Part shown: positions 25,968 to 38,299 of the stretch, in pieces
Position numbering within the stretch: position 1 is the stretch's first letter
Layout: each line of letters opens with the position of its first letter
Assembly: GCF_006345805.1 (NCBI RefSeq)
Contig: NC_043000.1
Coordinates: 50,840,001-50,904,000 of the forward strand
Direction: 5' to 3'
DNA from: Octopus sinensis
Lineage: Eukaryota
DNA: 64,000 bases
Translations under genes and position numbers: made by a program
Notes under the pieces: model-generated
What the model was told of the DNA's origin: nothing
The model's input: only the letters and a program-made list of their open reading frames with translations
Databases searched by the model: none

Positions 25968-28118
25968 GCCAATTTAATATTTGGCTGTCAATATTTTAGA
26001 TCAATTTTTTTAAGCATTAAAAATTGTTATTTCCTATAAAATTGTCTGTAACATTAAGAATTTTGGTTGCAGATGATCTGATTTGGGTTGGAATTTTGCC
26101 ATGAGATTAACCTAGAAAAAAGTAAATAAAATATAATATTAAAATCCTGTTATGAAAACTGATAATTTATGGCATAATTTAATATAGTTTAGTTTATTTT
26201 TATGTTGTACTGTATTTGACACACAAATAGATTTCAGTTTAATCAGTATAACTTTGTCCAATTTCAAAATCAATCTCAATATATGACAGAATTTTATTCA
26301 ATTATATTCAATTTCTCCTTTTTTGAATATCTTTTTAACATGAAATTTTCTGCTATTTGCCTGTTCTAAATTTCAGTATAGTGTTAGCTAACATCTGTTA
26401 CTTAAGTATGCTTTATTTCTATTGGAAACTGAGAATATCACAAAAATTTACAGTCACTGTAATTCGAGTTACCAGGAAAATTTAGATAAAAATGTAAAAA
26501 TTCTAAATTAAAATGATATCCATATAGATGCCCATATTTATTCCTAAAAGTGCATTTCTTTATTTGGAATTTGATTCTTTTGGGGAGTTGTTGAAATACT
26601 CAAAGCAGAATTTATTGGATGCATTCTCTTATTCTTTTTGCTTTAGCAATAACTTCTTCAATATATCCTATTTCAATCATCTTTCATATCTGTATTCCAA
26701 AGAAATAAAAATGGTAATTTAACCAAACAGCTAAAAATGCCAGCTTAACCATTGTCTATTGCTTTTAAAAAAAAAAGCAAAAGGATACTTTTGATAAGGT
26801 AGAACTTTATACTATTCGGAAGGGAGACCAAGTAGCATTGTCATGTCTGATACATCTTTGTCTCATCAGGCTATCAGTTAAAGGGACCATTAAACTGAGT
26901 AATATATATCTGTGCATATAGTATGTAAATGTTTTTTTCTTTTATATGGTCTCTTAGTTCAATTTTAGCATTTCTGATCAGTCATCTTTTCAGTATTTAT
27001 CAAATTTTAATCTGTCAAGGGACAAAGTCCCTCGCCTTATATCATTCACAAATGTCAGTGTAAATTATATTGTATTCTTGGATATAGCACATTAATGACA
27101 TAACATACATGCTTTTATTTTTTTTTAAATAGCAGTTTCATAATAATTTGTAATTAAGTAGCAATCTGTTCTAAATAATTTACTCTTAGTTCTCAGGTTT
27201 ATTTTACCATTAGGAGAAATGATGCAGAAAAATATTTGCTCCCCATTTCTGTTAATTATGTGTTTGAGAGTTTCTTGCTCGAAACATATTAAACACACTT
27301 TGTAGTCTCTCCATGTTCAAGTGATTAAGTGTAGCAGATATTCAAAATGTTGCGTTATAAATTTGTAGTCAAAACAGTTTTATTTTAATAATAACTATAT
27401 AATCCTTTCTACTTAAAAGTAAATTACATGTATGTGTTATTAGTTACAACATAAGAGAAATAAAATAAAAATAACTGAGAAGGCAATTGATTTCAAAGTT
27501 CAAATTCCAGTTGAATGTTCTTTCATGTTAAGCTGTAATATTTATAATCAGATCATCAGATCAATATTGGCTTTATTAGAATATTCTTGTTTTCTGATAA
27601 GATGTTTGTTTCAAAGCAGGGAACTGGATATATATGCGTTTAAGACTACGTATGATTAAAAATCTTATGTCTTTTGTATAACTGAAAAGTTGTCATTGCT
27701 CTCTTGTAATACATTCAAAATGTCTAGACTACTGAAAAATTAACTTGGTATTTGTTTTAAATGCTTATTTGTTTATTTACAGACTGATGAATATTTTAAA
27801 ATTTGAAACTTGAATTATGTATTGTAATGCTATTCATTCACATCTTATTTAGACAATCGCATTCTTTTGTTACTCACCATTCCATGCTCCTTCAAGCCCT
27901 TTTTAGCACTCTTATCATTCTTCATATGCACAAACCAATGTGCATCATCATAGCATGTTATTGTGCCATGTAATAGAATATGTAATTATACATTATACAT
28001 ACACAAACATTCGTGCAAAGAGACTTACACACATTCACACATTGATGCAGATGCACACCACCACTATCATTTTTTACATTTGCTTTCTAGGTTGACGTGA
28101 GTTGAACAGAACTTTATG

Positions 28119-28353
28119 AGGCAGCAAGCTGGCAGAAATGTTAGCATGCCGGGCGAAATACTTAACAGTATTTTGTGTACCGCTACGTTCTGAATTCAAA
28201 TTCCGCCGAGGTTGACTTTGCCTTTCATCCTTTCGGGGTAGATAAATTAAGTACCAGTTATGCACTGGGGTAGATCTAATCAACTCAATCCCTTTGTCTG
28301 TCCTTATTTAGCCCCTCTATGTTTAGCCCCTTGTGGGCAATAAAGAAATAAGA
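28119..28353 (+). mobile_element. tRNA-derived SINE, well preserved
   Basis: Head aggcagcaagctggcagaaatgttagcatgccgggcgaaa..., B box gttctgaattcaaattccgccgagg, body to ttgtgggcaataaagaaataag; many CpGs retained. Confidence 0.85.
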
Positions 28354-28479
28354 GCTTTATGTGGCAGTGTTTTATTACCAGATCTCTTTCCCGATGGTTA
28401 CCCTTTTTAGTTGTCTTTGACAATATGCTTAACCTTGGGATTGCACTTATAAAGTTACCCACCAAGGCACAAGTCTGGG

Positions 28480-28740
28480 CAAGATTGTTTATGGAAGACC
28501 AGCAGTCACCCATACTTATCAGCCTCCCTTCTTCAACCCCCTATTTTATCCAAGGGAAAGGCAAATTCTGATACAGCACCAGTGATGTTGCATCTCATTC
28601 CTACAGATAAGTGAACTGGAGCAACATGAAGTAAAGTGTCTTGCTCAAGAACACAACACACAGCCGGATCTGGGAATCAAACCTTCTACGACATGATTAG
28701 GAGCTCAATGCTGTAACCACCGAGCCATGCACCTTCAGAT
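28480..28740 (-). mobile_element. tRNA-SINE
   Basis: gataagtgaactggagcaacatgaagtaaagtgtcttgctcaagaacacaac...aaccaccgagccatgcacct (reverse complement of an A-box head). Confidence 0.7.
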
Positions 28741-28839
28741 ATGTGAAGGATACAATGTATCTGTTCTTAAAAACTAGCTATGAAGAGATAAAAATAGTAA
28801 TGATAAAATGCTTGGACCCACAAAGCACAAGGTGAGTTG

Positions 28840-29400
28840 AAGTTAGTGGATACAGAAGAACTGAGAATGTGGGTGGGTAAGGTTTGCAAAAGTGTCTGGA
28901 AGAGTGTGAGAAGGGGAATGACTAAGGGGGTGATTATAATTAATGAACCAGTGTTTAGGGATGATGAGTAGTGGAGGTAGGGAAGAGTAGTGACAATTGA
29001 TGAGATATTGGGTAGGGTTGGACCACATATAAGATCTATAGCCCTAATCAGGTTATTTTGAAGAAATTCCCAGTTGTCATCTATGCTTGAGGTACCCAAA
29101 TCTTTCTGTTTATAGTTATATGTATCAATTAGAGTTTCTTTAAAATTGATTCTCACTTGCAGGATCTTTTAGTTTCCATATGTTCCTTCTCCATATCATC
29201 TTTTATTTCTGTATTGGCTTATCTCTGAGTCTGAAGCCACTAACTATTAATCTGTATTGCTAGCACATACTTTGTTTGGAAAGGGTTTGGTACTTACAAT
29301 ACCTCTTCTGTCCAGTTTCCTGATGAGAATGTAATCTGAGTTGTGTATTCACCAGATGGGTAGTTGATGAGGTGTTGATGAATATATCATTTAATGCACA
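28840..29400 (-). mobile_element. Internally deleted RTE LINE (endonuclease C-terminus and linker joined to 3' UTR-like sequence)
   Basis: Minus frames ..LI.YPSGEYTTQ.DYILIRK..., IWRRNIWKLKDP and SSIDDNWEFLQNNLIRAIDLICG, then a CT-rich block similar to 60990-61190. Confidence 0.7.
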
Positions 29401-29579
29401 TTTGAACTGCTATTAGTTTCATGCTTCTTAAAATATCTTTTTTTGAAAGTCATTTTTGCTCATACCACTGTACATTTACTTTTGAGTTTTGGTATTTTGG
29501 AGCAGTAAGGTGACCTCAGCTTCATAAACCTTGGTGGATAAAACACATTGACACAAATACACAGGTATAGATATATGTA

Positions 29580-29625
<46 letters not shown>

Positions 29626-29668
29626 CACACACATGTATATATATGTACATTTACATATATAAATATAT

Positions 29669-29703
<35 letters not shown>

Positions 29704-29759
29704 CACACACACACATACACACAGACATACACACAGACATACACAGATATATATATACA

Positions 29760-29870
29760 CTATGTTGTATGAAGCTTGTTTACCAAGTCCCATTGCATGG
29801 CACCTTGGGCAAGTGTCTTCTACTAATGCTTTGAACCAACTGAAGCCTTGGTGTGAATATAACTTACAGT
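29760..29870 (-). mobile_element. SINE head fragment (21725 family)
   Basis: cccattgcatggcaccttgggcaagtgtcttctacta...aagccttggtgtg. Orientation of this short fragment is read from the shared core and may be plus. Confidence 0.5.
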
Positions 29871-30357
29871 GCCATAGGAGGATGAACTTGATATTTACCA
29901 TCTCCTAAAGAAATTGAAATATCAGGACACACTGGCATGCAACCTCATTCTCTCTTAAAGTTGATTGCTGTGGCTTTCCATCTAGATTATGTGCTATTTC
30001 CTGCAGATGATGTCTCGAACACAGACATCTGAAGAAAGCCATCAAGAAAAAAGGCACGACAGCTGAAACTAGCTCAGAATGGCAATGTTTGATGAGAAGA
30101 AACTTCAAGTGGAACCCTTCCATAGTTGAAGAATAGGTCAGTTCTTGCTGCTCCACTTAGGTGAAGTGTACAGGCTAAAGGGTGAAATGCTCGAGACTCT
30201 GAGATACCTGCTGACAATACAGAAGGGGTTCTAGCATTGCAAGAAATTTAGAAGATCTTGTAAAACCTCTTTGTGGTTCCTGCAGTTACTGTTTGGAGCA
30301 AAGCATCTCTGATGTTTATTTCACTTACCTCTGTCTATGTGTGTGCATTTATGTATG

Positions 30358-30997
30358 TACTAGCAGTATCGCCCGGCGTTGCTCGGGTTTGTAAGGGAAA
30401 TAACTATATAAGCATTTTTAGAGAGTTATAGCCAAAAAATAGCAAAAAATGCATTAAAAATGGAAAAAATATGATGGTAAAATTTTTGAAAAATCGTTGA
30501 CTCATCGTAGACATTTTTAGAGAGTTACTTCCCTTATATAATAGCGAAAAAATGCATTAAAATGGAAAAAAAACGATGGTAAAATTTTTTTTGAATCGTA
30601 GACTCATGTAGACGCTTTCTTAGCCATTTCTGTTTTGGTGTCTTCAAGCATGAAGTCGTTGTTCTAAAAGAACGCTGGTCTCCTTGACAACGCATTACGA
30701 CGTTGATTTCCTTGCACTCCCTTCCCCACAGGTGCAGGTGTGAGAGTGGACGCCAACTCCGCCGCCATCGACACACGAAAAATTATGCATTAAAAATGGA
30801 ATAAAAAATGATGTTAAATTATTTTTAAAATCGTAGACTCATCGTAGACGCGCGCTAATACTCAGACGGGCTCGATATGAATCACGACTATAAGCTACCC
30901 GAATTTGGTTAAACTGCACCGCAAAATGTGGGAGTAGTTAGGAATCTAAATCGAAGGGGACAGACACTCACACAACTACAGTTTTATATATATAGAT
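30358..30997 (+). mobile_element. Non-autonomous Helentron/DINE-1-like element, young
   Basis: Starts TACTAGCAGTATCGCCCGGCGTTGCTCGGG (subterminal hairpin) and ends ...cacacaactacagttttatatatatagat; no TSD; CpG-rich; second copy at 47251. Confidence 0.8.
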
Positions 30998-31044
30998 ATA
31001 CATAGCGCAGTAGTGGTGAGATCTGACAGCAAAAGAAGCATACA

Positions 31045-31275
31045 TTCACTCTCTGCATGCAATTAGACTCGGAAAGTTCGTGAGGAACCCATTGACCCAA
31101 TTTGCTGACTTTTCCGATAGCACACAGGTCTCAATGAATGGTTGAATGACCAAATCCAAGCTTCTCTGCTAGTTCCTCAACAGTTACGATGAGATTTTGT
31201 TCCACCAGGGTTTTCAGGATGTCCTTGTCGAGTTCTACAGATCTTTCAGGATGAGGCTCGTCTTCTAGGCTGTTC
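31045..31275 (-). mobile_element. Mariner transposase fragment
   Basis: Minus frame SLEDEPHPERSVELDKDILKTLVEQNLIVTVEELAEKLGFGHSTIH*DLCAIGKVSKLGQWVPHELSESN contains the WVPHEL motif. Confidence 0.9.
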
Positions 31276-31444
31276 CAATATAGCTTTGAAAAAAATAGCT
31301 GTTAAAATCGAAATGCACTCTTCAAAACTTGCACTATGAATAAGGACAAGATAAAATTACTACCTGCTTTTATAGCAAGTTAATATAAGTAGTTTATCCC
31401 ATTCCCCTCTGACTTTTAGTTCAAGCTGTTGAAAAAACCGCATT

Positions 31445-31454
31445 ATTATATATA

Positions 31455-31486
<32 letters not shown>

Positions 31487-31797
31487 CACACACACTCTCT
31501 CTCTCACACACATGCACACATTTATATTCTGTTATTCTTTTATATGTTTCAGCCTTGAGGTTGTGGCCATGCTGGATCATGTGTGTGTGTGTGTGTGTCT
31601 ATCTGTCTGTCTGTATGTATGTATATATGTATATGTATGTGTGTGAACAATAATATTTTCAACAGATGTGTTGCAAATGTATCTGATTGTTCTCAAGCTT
31701 CAATACTGTGTGTGTGTGTGTATGTGTGTGTGTATGTATGTATGTATATGTATGTATGTATATGTATGTATGTGTGTATGTATGTGTGTGTGTATGT

Positions 31798-31837
<40 letters not shown>

Positions 31838-31855
31838 ATGTATGAGTGTATGTTT
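31445..31855. repeat. Dense compound microsatellites (TA, CA, TACA, TATG); representative of many across the window
   Basis: Direct reading. Similar tracts lie at about 21455-21525, 25910-25965, 29570-29760, 37295-37520, 38915-38985, 39210-39270 and 58075-58120. Confidence 0.95.
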
Positions 31856-31899
31856 ACTTTATTACTAACACAAGCCAGTACGGTTATTTAATGTAAAGT

Positions 31900-32983
31900 C
31901 TTCCTCAAATCACTATCTCTGGCTATTTACTCTCTTCCAAGAACATTTTCACTCGCACTTATGTGTTAGCTTCCCATACATTTTACTCATGTATCTATCA
32001 GCGTGATAGAGAGAAACAAATATTACATCTAGTTTCACTTTATTCGTTGCCCACTGTGTGTGTGCGTTTGCGTGTGGTGTAAACCAGACTAAGAAAAGCA
32101 TTTGACACACACACCAGAATGTGAGTTTTCTGTAAATTTTGCTTAATTGGAGTTTAAATTTTAAAAACTGGACCTGGCATGACGCGATGCATTGTACTCT
32201 TAAAAATGGTAGGTAAATTGTAATTGAAGAAATCCTATATTTTAGATTTGTATAACTCCCAAAGGGAGGCAGATAAAATCTGCCTTTTATAATAAGAGAT
32301 ATATTATATTGTCCTGGTGTAGTGCTTGTTCCATCAGTCTTTATCCATGCATATACACACAGACACACATATTTATATAGAGCACAGGCTCTAAAAAGAA
32401 GGACAGCAAATGTATCAGCACTTCAACAGAGCAAGTTGAATAGAAAACTATGTGTGACCCTAATGTAATATGTAGTGAAGTAGAGCTGTGACTTTATACT
32501 ACTAAAACATTTATATAGTTTAATGTGACAGGAAGCGACAGTGGACATTATGTTGTATAATAATCAGTAGCACAGTTACCTGCAAATGCAATAGACACGA
32601 GGTTTTTGTCATTTTCCCCCCCTGTCCTATATTACCACTTGTAAATGTCTTCTATGATTTACATTTATATTTTCACCATTAATTTCTTGTGATACACATG
32701 TGCACATGCAAAAAAAAAAAATTGATGGTTAAATTGTGATAGATATGAGACAAAAAAAACCACCTCATTATTATTGCAAATGTCTGCCTTGTCTTCCTGT
32801 AATAGTAATCTATATAAATGTTTTACTATATAAACGTAAAGTTTTCCTTTTTCACGTATCACATTAAGGCCATCATCATCATCATCAAATATATGTACAT
32901 ACACACACATGTATCTGTATACACACACATATATATTAAAAGACACAAATCTCTCTCTCTTTATCTATGTGTATGTGTGTTTT

Positions 32984-33017
<34 letters not shown>

Positions 33018-34200
33018 TCAGACACACACACATACACACACATTTGTTTACTGTGGAAGCAGTATCAATCCAAAATAGCATTTTGTCATATAACTCAGAT
33101 ATGCTATAGAAAACCTTCATGTCAAGAAAGCATCTCATATAGATGTATCGTCTGCAAAAAATTGCAGATATATATCAGTAGATGATGAAAAGTGTTGAAC
33201 GGTGCTGGTGAAATGGCTAAATACATATTTATTCCTTTTTGAATGCCATCAATAACAAACATATACCAGCAACTACTTGCTAAGACAGATTTAACCTTTA
33301 CTGATATAGAAAAACTTTGATTAACAAACCACCGGTGTCACAATTACCCAACAAGTTAGATAAAATTCGTTGTAAGAGACAGCAGTAGTATTAGTTCAGA
33401 ACAGCATTCTGCACATCATACTCAACTGAGATATGCTGTAGAATGCTTTGAAACTGCTGCATTTCTCTTGAGAAATATATCAATAGCAGACAAAAAGTAT
33501 CTAGCAGTAGAGGTGGAACTGCTTAATCCGTTGAATGCCATGCATCCTCTTCCAAGTAAGTTTTATCTTAATAATTCTGATGTGCACTCTATACGATCTT
33601 TTTACTCTTTCATTTTTCTCTCTTTCTCTCTCATATTCTTTTCCTCTTCTCCCACTGTTCTATCCTATTACTCTGTCCCTTTCTCTCCATCATTCCTCCC
33701 TTGCTCACGTGGCTCCCATGTGACTATTGCCCATCTTTCTTTCTTCTCCTAACTTGTGTTTCTTTCCCTCAGTTGTAGCTGGAACAAAGAAGACGTGTTC
33801 TTGTCTGTCTCCTGTCCTAGCTTGATTTATGCATCCACCACCACAATCTCATTTAGGCTTAGCAGCCCTTCCTCTTTGTTTTCACTGTTCTGTATGTGTT
33901 ACCAATTTTAATCCTCCACAATATCCCAAATTTTATTTAATTTGCTTTGTGGGAGCAACTGTTTTATTGAAAGCATATATTGTTGTTAAATGCTTGAAAT
34001 ACAAGAGTAGAAAAAGAGCCAACAACTGATGAAATGTCATTCTCTATGTTTGTCTTGTTTCCCATTTGTGTCTTTCGTTGTTCAAAAAAATAGTTCATAT
34101 TCCATGTACTTGTATTTCGTATTTTTTTGTTGTACATTTTCCATGATGCCCTGTGCCCACATATGTGCATATATATATATAGATGTAAGTATGTACATAT
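31900..34200. promoter_or_regulatory. CpG-retaining non-TE domain; possible promoter or 5' gene end
   Basis: About 21 CpGs counted by eye in ~2.3 kb versus about 6-9 in control stretches of similar length. Donors at 32121 (gtgagt) and 33556 (gtaagt); ETS-like CAGGAAG near 32528. Confidence 0.35.
33556..33772 (+). other. Candidate 217-nt intron
   Basis: GTAAGT donor, very pyrimidine-rich body, CTAAC branch point at 33749-33753 and acceptor tttctttccctcag; the next donor GTATGT is at 33892. Confidence 0.4.
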
Positions 34201-34226
34201 ATTTATGTATATATACATGTATGTGT

Positions 34227-34538
34227 GGAGGCGCAATGGCCCAGTGGTTAGGGCAGCGGACTCGCGGTTGTAGAATCGCGGTTTCGATTCCCAGGCCGGG
34301 CGTTGTGAGTGTTTATTGAGCGGAAACACCTAAAGCTCCACGAGGCTCCAGCAGGGGGTGGCGGCGATCCCTGCTGTACTCTTTCGCCACAACTTTTTCT
34401 CACTCTTTCTTCTGTTGGCCTGCTCGCTTAGCCAGCGGGGTGGTGTCATTTGAAGTCTAAAACAATGTGAAGTGCATTGTGACCAGCGATGTGTAGCAAC
34501 ATCTGATAGCCTGGTCGGTCACGGTGATCACGGTGATA
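34227..34538 (+). mobile_element. Young full-length tRNA-SINE
   Basis: GGAGGCGCAATGGCCCAGTGG (A box), GGTTTCGATTCCC (B box), CpGs intact, 3' end GGTCACGGTGATCACGGTGATA. Confidence 0.9.
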
Positions 34539-36153
34539 TGCATGTATGTATATATATAATAATATAAATGATATATATGCATATATATATATGCATATAT
34601 ATATATATATATATTATTTATATTATTATATTTTTGAACACCATGCATCTTCTAAGTAAGTTTTATCTACTTCTATCTATCTATCTATTCATCTATATAT
34701 GTACATACATACATGCACACACACACACACACACACACATATACGTATGTGTGTATATGATTTAGCAGTCTAGCTGTCTTTCCTAAAATTTAACAACATA
34801 AACATTTTTAGCATTAAGTGAAAATAACATTATACAGCAAACGAAAGAGAAAAAGAAAGCTGTGGCTCTGGATAATAACACAGAGATCTCTTTTGAAGAA
34901 ACTAATCTAGAAAATTTCATAAGCTTTGTTATTTCAAAATATTATTTGACAAAGTTTAAATTATTTCAGTGTGTCAGTAAAAAGCTTTTAAACAATTATC
35001 ATTAATTTAGAAGCAATTTTTTTTACCTTGAAAATATCTGAATTAAATTTTCAAGTAATATTGGTCTTTATTGTTTTATAAAATTTACTTCATATTTTAA
35101 ATACTGTTGAAGAATTCTCTGTGTGTCTTGTAAAATAGTATTCCTAACTTTATCATCAGCTGGTGTTGAGAATATTTTTGGGTCTTTTACTGCAAAAACT
35201 GTTTTTCTCTTGAAAAATATCATTGTCTTCAAGTTATTCGAAACTCGTTGTTATAACTAGAAGAAACACAGGACTTTTGGTGGTTTTTGCCAAGTTTATA
35301 TAAACCATACACTCATGCACACACACACACACTCTCACACATACACACACTTTCTAACACATGCACACACTATTATCTGTATATGTGTATAGGTATATGG
35401 ATGTGTATGTATGTGTTTGTGTGTGTGTGTATGTAGGTCATGCTTAGCAACTTGCGCTACTATGAATGCTAATAAAAATTAAAATGGAGTGATTGGAACA
35501 GGTAAAATTTAGGCTACATATGTTCCCTAGCTAGCATATCCTCTGATGTCATAATTCCTCATTAATATGTTCTTTCTGTTGCAAATTCTCACCTAGTTTC
35601 AGGCAATTTTCTCATGACCAGACATGATTTTTAAAGAAAATTGGAAATGAATAACATCACTTGTGTGATGGTGATACTCATTTACAATCATCATATGATG
35701 TCCAAGACAAGGGAGTACACACATCTATATCTACACCCTCAACATACATATGCATTCATCTATATACAATGAGATTTTTTGTCAAATTCTATTAAATAAA
35801 TCCAATTAGAATACTTTGGTTGGCCTGAGGCTTGGTTATTATTATTTAGTTCCTCATCAGCTCTGAATGAATGAGCTTGTAATGGAAGACCTCTTATTCA
35901 TAACTATTCTGCCATCTTTTATATCAAATAAAATATTATCCGATATATTAAGATTGCGGGGTGTGTTATGTGGGAGATTTGGCTGTTGTTCTCAGCAAGG
36001 AAACTGACCAGTGGGAAGGTTTTCTATTGATCATTGAATTCAGCTAACATACACTGTTACAGGGAAAATTATTGTTTGGTAGTTACACAGCTGTCAGACT
36101 CTCATCTGCCAGGAAACTGTTCTGTCTGTTCCACTTCCAATTTGGTTCCTTCA

Positions 36154-36320
36154 GAGAAATGTTTGGTGTTAGAAGTGGTACGAGGTATGGGTTACTACTT
36201 TTTCTTTTCTGCAGTGAGATGGTTGATTTAAGAAGCTGGGTGAGATATGAGTTACTTCTATTTCATTACATCAGAGAGGTGGTTGAATATAAGACATGGT
36301 ATGAGTTTTTAGGGACAATG
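36154..36320. repeat. Degenerate 60-bp tandem repeat, about 2.8 units
   Basis: Units start at 36154, 36214 and 36274 (gagaaatgtttgg.., gtgagatggttga.., gagaggtggttga..), roughly 65% identical. Confidence 0.55.
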
Positions 36321-36554
36321 TGATGGGTGGTAAGAAGAGGTGATAGCAGTGTTTTAGACAAGTGTACATGCACATGCACACACACGCATGCATGCACGCA
36401 CGCACGCGCTCTCATTATTATGAAGATTATAAAATGCAATCACCTTTTTCTTCAGAAATAATGAATATATGAAAATGTGAAGCTTGGAAAGGCATTCATT
36501 TTGCATATAATTCTTCAGCTTTGTGTCATTTACACTGCTCTTCCTCTCATATAT

Positions 36555-36585
<31 letters not shown>

Positions 36586-36586
36586 G

Positions 36587-36686
36587 TTGGAGCCTGGTAC
36601 AGCCATCTGGTTTACCAGTCCTCAGTCAAATCGTCCAACCCATGCTAGCATGGAAAGCGGACATTAAACGATGATGATGATGATGT
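36587..36686 (+). mobile_element. LINE/SINE 3' tail fragment
   Basis: tcgtccaacccatgctagcatggaaagcggacattaaacgatgatgatgatg; the same tail occurs at about 48200-48262. Confidence 0.75.
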
Positions 36687-37295
36687 CTGTGTGCTTGTAT
36701 ATAAATATGAGAGTAAGGTTTGTTGCAACCTAATCATGGGTGTTCTATAGGAACAGACGAGACTACTATTTTAGCCCCATGATGATGCCTCCTCCAGCAG
36801 TTTATTCACTGTGCTCTACACAGAATCCATTGCAAGTGTGGGGACAACTCTCTACTATTCCAGCTCATAGATCACCAGATCATGTGATTTCAAGGATACT
36901 CGTCTGCAATATATAAGAAAAAATCTGTCATGTATCCACTGGTTTTGCAACTTGCAAACTACATTGTTAAGAAAATTTCTCTTAGAGATGAAAGGAGTAT
37001 TTATAGTGGGATGTAATGTTTATCACCACCTAAACATGAATGTTCTATAAGAACAGATGATACTGCTATTTTATGATATATATATATATATATATATATA
37101 TAACTACATAAATAATGTGAAGTATACTTGCCATCTCAATATGGCTAACCACTAAGGGTGGGTCGGTCAGAGATTTATTATTACATGAATAATATTTTTC
37201 ATAAACCCGAAAGGCTTTTCGAGTTACGGAGAGAAAGCTACTATGGAAGGCTCATAGTATAAAAACTGTATAAAGTCGGAGATTAATTATCATTA

Positions 37296-37337
<42 letters not shown>

Positions 37338-38251
37338 CCACGTGCACACACACATATGTGCGTACAGACACACACACATACAGAAATGTACACACACACA
37401 TATACATACACAGGAATGCACAGATGCCTATCCCACACAACCCCATGCACACACAGACTCACATACCTTTAGACACACACACAACCACATACACACACGT
37501 GCGCGCGCACACACACATATATGTAATATGAGGGTCTGTGTGTGTTTTTCTTAAGTTGAATCCTCACTTTAAAGTAAATGCAAAGTGGTGAATGCATCTG
37601 TTTTCAAAGTATGCAGTGTCCTTTGCATCAAATAGGCCAGTGTTCTGTGGGCATTTATTTCAACATTTTATTTTTTACATTTTCTTTGGGTGTTGACAAT
37701 GTATCTAACAATTTTTGTTTTCTATGACAGTTTGTTAAAGATTTTGAAATTACATTTCTTATTTCTTCCTATTTTGTTATATGTTTGTTTATTGGTTTGT
37801 CTCTCTACAAGTTAAATTTTTGAATATTATATATATTTTCTTATTGGTTTCTTCTTATATGTTTAATTCTGTTAAATACTGCCTCAAAAATTTTGTTTTG
37901 TTATAACTATAAAAGGAGTTGTTGCCTTTTAATGCCATCTAAATTTAAAGTTGTTCATCTGAAATAGTGAACAATTTCAAAGGTGTCTACTTGTTATTCA
38001 GTGTTCCTTTTTAGTAGTGTATAGGTGTGTTTATTATTTGATATGAAATTTTGATAGATTTAATTTACATATCAAAGTATGTGTTTATACAAAATAATTA
38101 TTAACTCAGATACCATGAAAATCAATATTCAGGCACATTGCATTCAACCTAACATTTATGTTCCTTTTGTCACAAAGGTGATTGATGATATTGTTTTTAT
38201 ATTAGTTGTGGTGGTGGCGACATTTTCTCTGAATCAGGTGAAATACATCTG

Positions 38252-38299
<48 letters not shown>

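Noticed and set aside
29460-29901. ORFs such as MCVCVCV.. and THTHTH.. (also at about 31.4-31.9, 32.7-33.1, 37.2-37.5 and 38.9-39.4 kb)
   Set aside because: They are translations of dinucleotide and tetranucleotide microsatellites.
29980-30130. Zinc-knuckle-like CR*CLEHRHLKK (and CFQCG near 10060)
   Set aside because: Too decayed to assign; probably retroelement ORF1/gag debris, but I cannot support a call.
34227-34300. tRNA gene
   Set aside because: The A and B boxes belong to a SINE head followed by SINE body; there is no complete cloverleaf or terminator.
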